The position numbers and the translations under genes are program-made. From assembly GCA_016716505.1 (NCBI GenBank), contig JADJWF010000007.1:91-64090 (forward strand): a stretch of 64,000 bases of DNA, written 5' to 3'. Positions 45,201 to 52,400 of this stretch are shown here, piece by piece. Below the pieces are notes generated by a model. The model was not told the DNA's origin. It searched no databases and saw nothing but the letters and a program-made list of their open reading frames with translations. Source of the DNA: Verrucomicrobiota bacterium (GTDB lineage: Bacteria > Verrucomicrobiota > Verrucomicrobiia > Limisphaerales > J093). The first letter of the stretch is position 1. Every line of letters begins with the position of its first letter.

Positions 45201-45351
45201 GGGGCAAACCGTGGTCCGCCGTCCAGGTGCGGGCGTTGAATCCGTCCCCCCCGGCCGGCCGCAGTCCGGCTTTCACCGGGCCGGCCGGATCCGGAAACAA
45301 CAGCCCCAAAGCAACGAGCACCGAAGCTCTCATGGTCCAGCGGATGCGCAT
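42286..45351 (-). CDS. sensor histidine kinase with two-component-regulator propeller repeats, Y_Y_Y domain, HisKA_3 and HATPase_c
   Basis: Many repeats of the type DGFLWVGTRFGLARFDG. Y_Y_Y-like VRFRHRLVGYEREWVEAGSRRETHYTNLRPGAYRFEF. A TM helix, the H-box ERERIARDMHDDVGAGLTQI, and an ATPase domain (NAVRHA...DDGRGF...GNGLVNL). The start is either 45351 or 45333. Confidence 0.9.
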   Translation of the reverse strand: MRIRWTMRASVLVALGLLFPDPAGPVKAGLRPAGGDGFNARTWTADHGLPQNAVQALCQTRDGFLWVGTRFGLARFDGVEFRRFSASNVPELAEASVSALAEDVGGGLWVGTLGGLLRFDQGRFHRVPELEGRRVWAVWRAPTGELWLGLNEGLARWEPNLLEVFSPPPPFSGRVRSLVPLETGELLVTTLTEWLRFDLGSKTFHPWLPREWTEEGEATPPVKPDTVWRVEIPRAKSPADLAELVFSHGGRGNSGNTWGPRMIPDGHGGWWAVSADRKLIHLGSQGPRRLAPPREDVFSELLCALPDREGGLWLGTSVAGLTRLRLRYFEHFAFGEGEEAACFTVTAEPDGTVWAASKTRLLRWRAGQTELLPLPFASPMNQIFCVLPDATGGVWIAQDRVGLFRWRDGRLEDHSEPAGAAGTRLRVLARTRDGALWLGGRNGLSRWDGNAATRYGLENGLPHLDVRAVHEDRSGRLWVATFGGGVAWREATQFRALRAVHGLSHDIQWGFLEDRTGALWVYGLRGLNRLREGHLAVITREHGLFDDLTNQMIEDEAGDFWLGCNRGLYRVRGEDLHAVADGRQPSLECTVFGAGDGLPVAETNGENQPAGARAADGALWIPTPVGVVRVVPAQVPRREVPPTLHLEFARTESLALLADGRMNPALKRTKSDTIRVPPGAARVLEFRFAAPSFAAPERVRFRHRLVGYEREWVEAGSRRETHYTNLRPGAYRFEFTACNDHGVWNPDPVAFAFVLLPHFWQTPGFYALAAAILGAIGLGAHQWRVRLVRRRLRLERQLALARERERIARDMHDDVGAGLTQIGLLTARAAHPGGPAGEVGKLLDRIAETSRDTAQAMDEIVWAVNPRNDRLDHLANYVCQFAREYLEPSGIRCRLEVPSLLPAWPVSSTARHHLLMVLKEALANAVRHARATEITVSLGFAAGELRLVIADDGRGFSPAVPAAGQAPGGNGLVNLHRRAAALGARCHIHSRPGEGTCVELVVGLPGSPVRGMPPPEADGVA

Positions 45352-45552
45352 CGCTTGTTCACAGAATCAATCGCGATGATTCCTGCCGCTGCGTCCTGAC
45401 CGGGGCAAGCAGATTCCGCCGGGTGCCGGCACGCCAGCTCCCGGCCAGGGGGAGGGTTGCGCGTTACGCGAATGGCGGGGGGCTTCGCGCGTGCGCTCCG
45501 GGCGCGCCGGGCCGGCGTGGCAGCGGCCGCCTTGGTTACCTGGCCGCGGGAG

Positions 45553-45582
45553 CAAAAAGGCCACCGGTGAGGCACCAGTGGC
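45553..45582 (-). terminator. intrinsic (Rho-independent) terminator
   Basis: The minus-strand RNA reads GCCACUGGUG-CCU-CACCGGUGGC, a 10-bp stem with one G-U pair and a 3-nt loop, followed by CUUUUUGC. It lies about 90 nt after the stop at 45672. Confidence 0.8.
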
Positions 45583-45660
45583 TTGGCAGCAGGCTTCTCC
45601 GAAACCCTTCTCCGTGCCGTGTTGCCGCCGACGGAGCAGGGCCGTTCAGCCTGGAACGTG

Positions 45661-45750
45661 GTTCGAGAACCTCACCGCCGGAGCCGGCGCCACAAGGCGC
45701 CGCTCAGCGCGAAGGCGGCCAGCACCAGCGCGCCGTGCCGCGGCTCCGGC
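45661..45750. repeat. PEP-CTERM tail DNA repeat, copy 2
   Basis: See 31261..31350. Confidence 0.9.
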
Positions 45751-46397
45751 ACCGCGTAGATCCCTCCGAAACCGTACAAACCTGGGCCGTTCCAGGGGGG
45801 GTCGGATATGTTCAGAGAGAGCCGAAAACCGCCAAACTTGTCCCATTCGAAAGCCGGATCGCTGAACGAACTGAAGGGCACGGAGTAACGGCCCGGCCCA
45901 TCGCCGGAGATCACTGTACTCGCAGAGCGAGACCAGAACGAGTTGTCTCGGACGTAAACGGCTAGGATGAACGGACCGGGCGCGTCGGTAACCACGATCT
46001 CGAAGCGGTCGTAACCGGGACCTTGAAGGTCCGCGTTAACTAGGTTCCCGGCGAAATAGCCGTAGCCGAGAGAAAGGCTTCCGGCGCGATTTCTTTCGTA
46101 GGCCAGTTTGCCACTGCCCGGCGCAAGTTCGATCGAACTGCGTGGCAGGATTGGATTAGCCGGGTCGTAAACTGCGACCTGGCGCTGTCCGCCAAAGAGA
46201 TGCGCCGGGTCGCCGGTTTGCACTAGGACCTCAGAGCCGTACTGCTTCTCAAAGTGTCCGGTGCTGAAGTCATCAATCACCAGTTGCGCCCTGGCGGCGA
46301 ACCCCAGCGATAACAGCAGGGCAGTCAACCATCCCACGCAGTGCGCTGACGCGATCCGGCCAGCCGTTCGAACAGGAGTGAGGTGTTTGGTTTTCAT
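45672..46397 (-). CDS. PEP-CTERM sorting-domain protein, otherwise unrecognised
   Basis: 241 aa with a signal/anchor region (VGWLTALLLSLGFAARAQ). C-terminus VPEPRHGALVLAAFALSGALWRRLRR. Confidence 0.75.
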   Translation of the reverse strand: MKTKHLTPVRTAGRIASAHCVGWLTALLLSLGFAARAQLVIDDFSTGHFEKQYGSEVLVQTGDPAHLFGGQRQVAVYDPANPILPRSSIELAPGSGKLAYERNRAGSLSLGYGYFAGNLVNADLQGPGYDRFEIVVTDAPGPFILAVYVRDNSFWSRSASTVISGDGPGRYSVPFSSFSDPAFEWDKFGGFRLSLNISDPPWNGPGLYGFGGIYAVPEPRHGALVLAAFALSGALWRRLRR

Positions 46398-46453
46398 GGC
46401 AAATGCTTCCGAAGAGGAGATACGCCTTCCCCCGGCCTCGGATCAACCAAGAA

Positions 46454-46469
46454 ATTCCGCATCCGGAAT
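46454..46469. promoter_or_regulatory. 16-bp palindrome ATTCCG-CATC-CGGAAT in the divergent intergenic region (candidate XRE operator)
   Basis: Read directly from the sequence. It lies 24 nt upstream of the GTG start of the XRE gene and 57 nt upstream of the divergent PEP-CTERM gene. Confidence 0.3.
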
Positions 46470-46492
46470 GAGTTTCGCCCGACCTTGATCGG

Positions 46493-46705
46493 GTGAATCG
46501 GCGGTTGGACCAGCAGTTCGCCCAGTTTCTGCGCGAGACGCGGGGCCCGTCCACCTATGCCGAATTCGCGCGCAAGGTCGGCCTCTCGCCCTCGACCGTG
46601 TATCGGCTGGAGCACGGAGAACAAAGCATCACGCTGCAATCGTTGGAGCAGGTCCTGAAGCGCCTGAAATGCACGCTTCGCGATGTGTTTCCCGACGGCT
46701 TGTGA
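46493..46705 (+). CDS. XRE-family (Cro/C1-type) helix-turn-helix transcriptional regulator
   Basis: 70 aa with a GTG start. STYAEFARKVGLSPSTVYRLEHGEQSITLQSLEQVLKRL is a typical HTH_3 pattern. Confidence 0.7.
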   Translation: MNRRLDQQFAQFLRETRGPSTYAEFARKVGLSPSTVYRLEHGEQSITLQSLEQVLKRLKCTLRDVFPDGL

Positions 46706-46826
46706 ACACGGCCACAGTTGGGTCGCTGCCCGGTGCCCGGGCGGCGTCACCCGCGTGGGCCGGGGCTGCCGCTCGGTCCCCGTTCCAAACTTGCCCGCCT
46801 CGCCGGCTCCTCCGCATACTGCCGCG

Positions 46827-48128
46827 ATGCTCGACATCAAACTGATCCGCGACCAACCCGACCTGGTCCGTCAACGCCTCGCCACCCGCGGGGCCGGCGA
46901 CGAGCAACGGATCAGCGAGTTGCTGGCGCTCGACGAAAAGCGCCGCCAGTTGCTGCTCGAGGTCGAGAACCTCAAGGCCCAGCGCAACCGCGCCGCGAAG
47001 GAAATCGGCGCGCTCATGGGTCAGAAAAAGCTCGCCGAAGCGGAGGCGCGCAAGGTCGAGTCGCGGCAGATCGGCGACCGCATCGCCGAGCTGGACCGGG
47101 CCGTGACGGAGGCGGAGGCCGCGCGGGATGCCCTGCTCGCACGCCTGCCGAACCTGCCGCATCCAGACGTGACGGTGGGCCGCAGCGCCGCGGACAACCC
47201 GGTCGTGCGCGAGTGGGGCGCGAAGCCGGCGTTCGCGTTTCCGCCCCGGTCGCACGTGGACCTGTGCAGCCACCTGAAGCTGGTGGATTTCGAGCGCGGG
47301 GCGAAGCTCTCGGGCAGCGGCTTTCTCCTGTACACCGGCTGGGGCGCGCGCCTGGAGCGGGCGTTGATTCAGTTCCTGCTCGACCTGCACGTTCACGAGC
47401 ACGGCTACACGGAGGTTTCGCCGCCGTTCATCATCGGGCGCGACTGCATGTTCGGCGTCGGGCAGTTCCCGAAGTTCGAAGACCAGGCCTACGCGGTGCA
47501 GGAGGGGCTGGACGCCAGCACGTTGGGGAAGCTCTACCTGCTGCCGACGGCCGAGGCGCCGGTGGCGAACATCCATCGCGGCGAGTTGCTCAAGGAGAGC
47601 CAGCTTCCGATTTCCTACTGCGCGTACAGTCCGTGTTTCCGCGCCGAGGCGGGGGCGGCGGGCGTGGGCACGCGCGGCATGATCCGGGTCCACCAGTTCG
47701 ACAAGGTGGAACTGATCAAGATCGCGACCCCCGAGCAGGGTTACGCCGAGCACGAACGGATGGTCGGTCATGCGGAGCGCGTGTTGCAATGCCTCGGGCT
47801 GCACTACCGCGTGGTGCAGCTCTGCACCGGCGACATGGGTTTCGCCAGCGCGAAGACTTATGACCTCGAGGTCTGGGCCCCGGGCCAGGGCGGCTATCTG
47901 GAAGTCTCGAGTGTCTCGAACTGCGAGGACTTCCAGGCGCGCCGCATGAACCTCCGGTACAAGACCGAGGCGGGCGACAATCGTTTCCCCCACATCCTGA
48001 ATGGCAGTGGCACCGCCCTGGCGCGGCTCTTTGTCGCTTTGGTCGAAACCTGCCAGCAGGCCGATGGCAGCGTGACCATCCCGGGGCCACTGCAACCGTA
48101 TCTGCGCACCGACCGAATCACGTCCTAG
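46827..48128 (+). CDS. serS: serine--tRNA ligase
   Basis: ATG at 46827 gives MLDIKLIRDQPDLVRQRLATRG..., an N-terminal coiled coil and class II motifs (...FRAEAGAAGVGTRGMIRVHQFDKVE..., GSGTALARL), 433 aa. Confidence 0.93.
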   Translation: MLDIKLIRDQPDLVRQRLATRGAGDEQRISELLALDEKRRQLLLEVENLKAQRNRAAKEIGALMGQKKLAEAEARKVESRQIGDRIAELDRAVTEAEAARDALLARLPNLPHPDVTVGRSAADNPVVREWGAKPAFAFPPRSHVDLCSHLKLVDFERGAKLSGSGFLLYTGWGARLERALIQFLLDLHVHEHGYTEVSPPFIIGRDCMFGVGQFPKFEDQAYAVQEGLDASTLGKLYLLPTAEAPVANIHRGELLKESQLPISYCAYSPCFRAEAGAAGVGTRGMIRVHQFDKVELIKIATPEQGYAEHERMVGHAERVLQCLGLHYRVVQLCTGDMGFASAKTYDLEVWAPGQGGYLEVSSVSNCEDFQARRMNLRYKTEAGDNRFPHILNGSGTALARLFVALVETCQQADGSVTIPGPLQPYLRTDRITS

Positions 48129-48137
48129 TCTCCGCGC

Positions 48138-49604
48138 ATGAAAATCCTCCACGCCGCGAGCGAGCTGGTGCCGTACTCGAAGACCGGCGGCCTGGCCGAC
48201 ATGGTGGGTGCCCTGGCCAAGTACACCGTGAAGGCCGGCCACGACGCGCGCGTGGTGACCCCGCTGTATCCGTGTGTTCGGGACCAACTCGCCCGCGAGA
48301 AGCGCACGCTGCGCAAGATCGGCGGGATTTTTCTGCCCCATCGCGAACAGCAGGCGGGGGCTGCCGTGTACACCACGCGATTGGATGACGGCGTCACCGT
48401 GTACTTCATCGAACACGAGGTGTACTTCGGACGCCCCTTCCTCTACGGCGCCAAGCAGGGGGGGGAGACGGTGGATTACCCGGACAACGCGGAGCGCTTC
48501 ATTTTCTTCTCGAAGTGCGTGGTGGACCTGGCGCGGCGCGGCAGGTGGCGCCCGGACATCCTTCACGCCCATGACTGGCAGACCGGCATGGTCCCGCTGC
48601 TCGTTCACCACCAGCAATGGAGCGAAGGCTGGACCGACGCGCCGAAAACCCTCTTCACCATCCACAACCTCCTCTACCAGGGCGCGGGTCCCGCGGCCAA
48701 CTACCAGTGGGCGAACCTGCCCTGGTACTACTTCAACCCGGACGGCGCCGAGTTCTACGGCGGCCTCAACCTGCTGAAGACCGGCCTCGCCTTTGCCCAC
48801 CGCCTCTCCACGGTCAGCCCGCGCTACGCCGAGGAAATCCGCACGCCCGAGTTCGGAGCGGGACTGCACGGCCTGCTCGAACGCCGAAGGGAGGTGCTGT
48901 CCGGGATTCTGAACGGCGTGGACTACGAACTCTGGCGCACTGAGGGCAATCCGCACCTGCGCGCGAGCTACTCAGCGGCCGACCTTTCCGGCAAGATCGT
49001 CAACAAGCGGGCCTTGCAGGAGGAGGTGGGGCTGCCCGTGCGGGCCGACCGGCCGCTCTTCGCCACTGTGTCCCGCATCGAGACGGAGAAAGGCTTCGAG
49101 CTCATCGTCGAGGCGATGGAGGAGATGCTCGCTTGCGATCTTCAGTACGTTCTGCTCGGCACGGGGCGCAAAGAACTGGTCGTGGCCCTGACCGCGCTGG
49201 CGGCGCGCCATCCGGAGAACTGCCGGGTGCTGATTGACTTCAAGGGGCCGCTCGCGCACCGCATCGAGGCGGCGGCGGACTTCTACGTCATGCCGTCGCT
49301 GGTTGAGCCGTGCGGCTTGAATCAGATGTACAGCCTCCGCTACGGCGCGGTGCCGATCGTCCGAGACACCGGCGGACTCCACGACACGGTGACCGACGCC
49401 CGGCAAGACCCCGCCGCGGCCAACGGGATCAAGTTCAGCGAAAAGAGCGGCGCGGCCCTCGCCCGGGCCATTCGCAAGGCGCTCGACCTCTATCAAGACC
49501 CCGCCGCGCTGGATCATTACCGCCAGAACGGGATGGGCGCAGATTTTTCCTGGCCGCGCTTCGTCCCGCAGTATGAGGCGCTCTACGCCGCGATGCTGGG
49601 CTGA
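48138..49604 (+). CDS. glgA: glycogen synthase (ADP-glucose type)
   Basis: MKILHAASELVPYSKTGGLADMVGALAKY...HAHDWQTG...PSLVEPCGLNQMYSLRYGAVPIV, 488 aa. Confidence 0.92.
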   Translation: MKILHAASELVPYSKTGGLADMVGALAKYTVKAGHDARVVTPLYPCVRDQLAREKRTLRKIGGIFLPHREQQAGAAVYTTRLDDGVTVYFIEHEVYFGRPFLYGAKQGGETVDYPDNAERFIFFSKCVVDLARRGRWRPDILHAHDWQTGMVPLLVHHQQWSEGWTDAPKTLFTIHNLLYQGAGPAANYQWANLPWYYFNPDGAEFYGGLNLLKTGLAFAHRLSTVSPRYAEEIRTPEFGAGLHGLLERRREVLSGILNGVDYELWRTEGNPHLRASYSAADLSGKIVNKRALQEEVGLPVRADRPLFATVSRIETEKGFELIVEAMEEMLACDLQYVLLGTGRKELVVALTALAARHPENCRVLIDFKGPLAHRIEAAADFYVMPSLVEPCGLNQMYSLRYGAVPIVRDTGGLHDTVTDARQDPAAANGIKFSEKSGAALARAIRKALDLYQDPAALDHYRQNGMGADFSWPRFVPQYEALYAAMLG

Positions 49605-49682
49605 AGGGCCGGCTGCCGCGCCTTCCGGGCGCGGGAGAAGCGAAGGGTTTCCCAACGGTTCCCCGGCGCCTACCTTTCCCCA

Positions 49683-51110
49683 ATGGATGAACTGCAACGC
49701 CAATTCCCCGGTCCCGGGTGGGGCCGATACCGTCGCTGGCTGACGGTCGGATTGGCGCTGTTGGGTCTGGCGCTCCTCGCCCTGGTGTTCCCGTGGCCGG
49801 CGAACCACGAAGGCCGGACGGTGCGGCAATGGCTGGAGACCGCGGCCGTTGGCGACTATCGCGAGCGGCAGGCGGCCGAGGCGGCCTTTCGCGCCCTTGG
49901 GACGCGGGCGGTGCCGGACCTCATCGCGGCGCTCCAGGCCCGTGACACCCGGTGGACCGACGCGCGAGCCTGGTTGGCGCGCCGGGTCCTCAAGCGCCAG
50001 GAAACCCGATTGCCCGCCGACGAAACCCGCGCGCTTGCGGCCGCTGCGCTCGGTGAACTCGGCTCTTCGGCAGCACCGGCCGCGCGGGCTCTGGTCAAGG
50101 CGCTGGGCGATGACCAGCCGCCCGTCGTCGCGAATTCGGCGCACGCTCTCCGGCGGATCGGCTCCGGGGCCCTGCCTGCGATCCTCGCGGGATTGTCCGC
50201 TTCGTCCCCGCCAATTCGCTGCGAGTCCGCGTTGTTGCTGGGAGGCCCACCGTTCAACACCGAAGCCCGGCGATGGGTCGAGGCGATGGAAAAGGCGACC
50301 CGCGATCCGGAATCGCGGGTGCGGGCAGCGGCGGTGAGCGCGCTGGCGCAGACCCGCGACCCGCGCTGGGGGAGGGTGATTGAATCAGCGCTGGCAGACC
50401 CGGATTTCTCCGTTCGCTACGCGGCGGCGTGGGCGCTCGGGGAGTACGGTTCGGACACCGCCGAGCCGGCCGCGGCGCTGCGCCGGGCCCTGGGTGATCC
50501 GCACCCACGGGTCCGCATTGTCGCGGCGCGGGCGCTGTGGCGGCTGACGGGAGACACGAACGAGTCGCTGGCCGTGCTCGAACGCGAGGTGCTGGCGCCC
50601 AACCCGGATTACACGGCCGCCCTGGTGCTGCGCGAGCTGGGGCCGGCGGCCGCGGCGACCGCGCCCTCCTTGTTGCGGCGGCTCGAACAGGAGACCGTCC
50701 ACCGGCCCTCGCGCACCCCCAGCCCGGCAGCCCTGGCGCTCGGCCAGTTGGGCCCGACGGCCGTACCGGGCTTGATCGAACGGCTGGAGCATCCACGCCC
50801 GGAGGTCCGCGTCGGCGCGGCCTTCGCGTTGCGGAACCAGGGCACGAACGCGGCGGCCGCCGTTCCCAAACTCGTCGAGCTGGTGGACCATCCCGACGCC
50901 GAAGTCCGCATCACGGCCGTTGAGGCGCTCGGCGCCATCGGGGCCGCTGCGCGTCCGGCGCTGCCCCGCTTGCGGCAACTGGCGGCGGAGACCGGCGATT
51001 ACCTGCGCGCCGCTGCGGTCAATGCGGTGGAGCAAATCGAAGCCGCCTCCTCACCGACCGCCGTTCCGCGCGGGCCCGACGCCTGCGACCACTCCCCGGC
51101 ACCACCGTAG
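49683..51110 (+). CDS. membrane-anchored HEAT-repeat protein
   Basis: N-terminal TM helix (WLTVGLALLGLALLALVF), then many repeats of the type AAxALGxLGPxAxxAxPxLxxxLxDxxxxVRxxA. Confidence 0.75.
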   Translation: MDELQRQFPGPGWGRYRRWLTVGLALLGLALLALVFPWPANHEGRTVRQWLETAAVGDYRERQAAEAAFRALGTRAVPDLIAALQARDTRWTDARAWLARRVLKRQETRLPADETRALAAAALGELGSSAAPAARALVKALGDDQPPVVANSAHALRRIGSGALPAILAGLSASSPPIRCESALLLGGPPFNTEARRWVEAMEKATRDPESRVRAAAVSALAQTRDPRWGRVIESALADPDFSVRYAAAWALGEYGSDTAEPAAALRRALGDPHPRVRIVAARALWRLTGDTNESLAVLEREVLAPNPDYTAALVLRELGPAAAATAPSLLRRLEQETVHRPSRTPSPAALALGQLGPTAVPGLIERLEHPRPEVRVGAAFALRNQGTNAAAAVPKLVELVDHPDAEVRITAVEALGAIGAAARPALPRLRQLAAETGDYLRAAAVNAVEQIEAASSPTAVPRGPDACDHSPAPP

Positions 51111-51128
51111 TTCCCATCCGGCGGGCCG

Positions 51129-52283
51129 TTGGCCGCCATGCACTCCCTCCATCCGCCACCCGGCTTCAAGGCTCAAACCACCTGCCTCGCCCCTGCCATG
51201 CTCGCCACGTTACGCAAGCCCCGCCCCTTCTGGCTCTGGCCCGCAACCCTGCTGGCCGCGCTGATCGCCGCGCTGTTGCTGGCCACGTGGCTGGTGCGGC
51301 CGCGCCAACCGGTCCACGACGGGCGACCGTTGCTGGCGTGGGTGGCGGACTTGGAATCGCCCCGGGCCGAGGTTCGCGCCGCCGCCGAGCAAGCGATCCG
51401 GTCGGTCGGCGCGGAAGGCGTCTCTGCCCTGGTCTGGGCGCTGCGGCGTGGCGATTCGCTCCTCGGCCGCGCGGTGGTCGCCTCGGAAAAATCGCTTCCG
51501 CGACGGGTCTGGCTCGCCCTGTTGCGCACCGCGAAGCCCGGCGAGGCGCCGCGTCAACGCGCGGCCGCCGCCAGAGCCCTGGGTCTCCTCGGTCCGGCAG
51601 CCGAGCCGGCGCTGCCCGTCCTGAGCGAGGCGCTCCGCGACCGGGAGCTCCGGGTGGTCAGCGAAGCTGCTTCGGCCATGGCAGGGATCGGCCCGGCGGC
51701 GGTCCCGCTGCTGGCGGCGGCGCTGCCGACGGCGAGCGAGGCGGTGCGCCGTTACGTTCTCTTCGCCTTGGGTCAACTCGGCCCCGCCGCCCTGCCCGCA
51801 GTGCCGGCGCTCGTTCGCGTGCTCGTTACGGCGACGGACCACAATACCTCCTTGCAAGCCGCGCAGATACTGACCGGGATCGGACTGGAGGCGATGCCGG
51901 CGATGATCGCAGCGTTGCAGGGGGCCGACGCCACCGGCCGGGAACGGCTCGAAACGGCGTTGGCGGAACTGGCCTCCCGCCAGCCGGCCGCGCTGGACGC
52001 GCTCGAGTCCGAGCTGCGCCGCGCGCCGCCGGAACTCAAACCGGCCCTGTTGCGCGCGGTGGGCCAGGTGAGCCTCTATCCACGCCGGCGGGCTCTCATC
52101 GTGGCCCGAACCTTGGACGACCCCGATCCCGCGCTGCGCGCCGCGGCCGCCGCCTGGCTCCGACAGCACTCTTCCCCCACCGAACTCGAGCGTCCGTTGG
52201 CGGCCGAGCCGGAATCGCTTCGGCAACGGGTCGCGGAGATCTTTCGCCCGGATGGTCTGTCACCGCCGGGCGACGCAAAATGA
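51129..52283 (+). CDS. membrane-anchored HEAT-repeat protein
   Basis: TM helix (FWLWPATLLAALIAALLLATWLV), then HEAT-like repeats (AARALGLLGPAAEPALPVLSEALRDRELRVVSEAA...). Start is TTG 51129, ATG 51138 or ATG 51198. Confidence 0.7.
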   Translation: MAAMHSLHPPPGFKAQTTCLAPAMLATLRKPRPFWLWPATLLAALIAALLLATWLVRPRQPVHDGRPLLAWVADLESPRAEVRAAAEQAIRSVGAEGVSALVWALRRGDSLLGRAVVASEKSLPRRVWLALLRTAKPGEAPRQRAAAARALGLLGPAAEPALPVLSEALRDRELRVVSEAASAMAGIGPAAVPLLAAALPTASEAVRRYVLFALGQLGPAALPAVPALVRVLVTATDHNTSLQAAQILTGIGLEAMPAMIAALQGADATGRERLETALAELASRQPAALDALESELRRAPPELKPALLRAVGQVSLYPRRRALIVARTLDDPDPALRAAAAAWLRQHSSPTELERPLAAEPESLRQRVAEIFRPDGLSPPGDAK

Positions 52284-52400
52284 CGGGTGGCGGCCCCGGC
52301 GATTTCCTGCCGTCGCATTTTTTCTGCGCGTCGAGCCATGCGCCGGTCGCTGGTGCCGCTTGACCCCGGCAGGCGAAGGGCGTACCCGTGGGCGCGTCAA

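Noticed and set aside
46629-48956. 775-aa minus-strand ORF spanning serS and glgA
   Set aside because: It crosses two unambiguous housekeeping genes and their intergenic gap on the opposite strand. It has no recognisable features.
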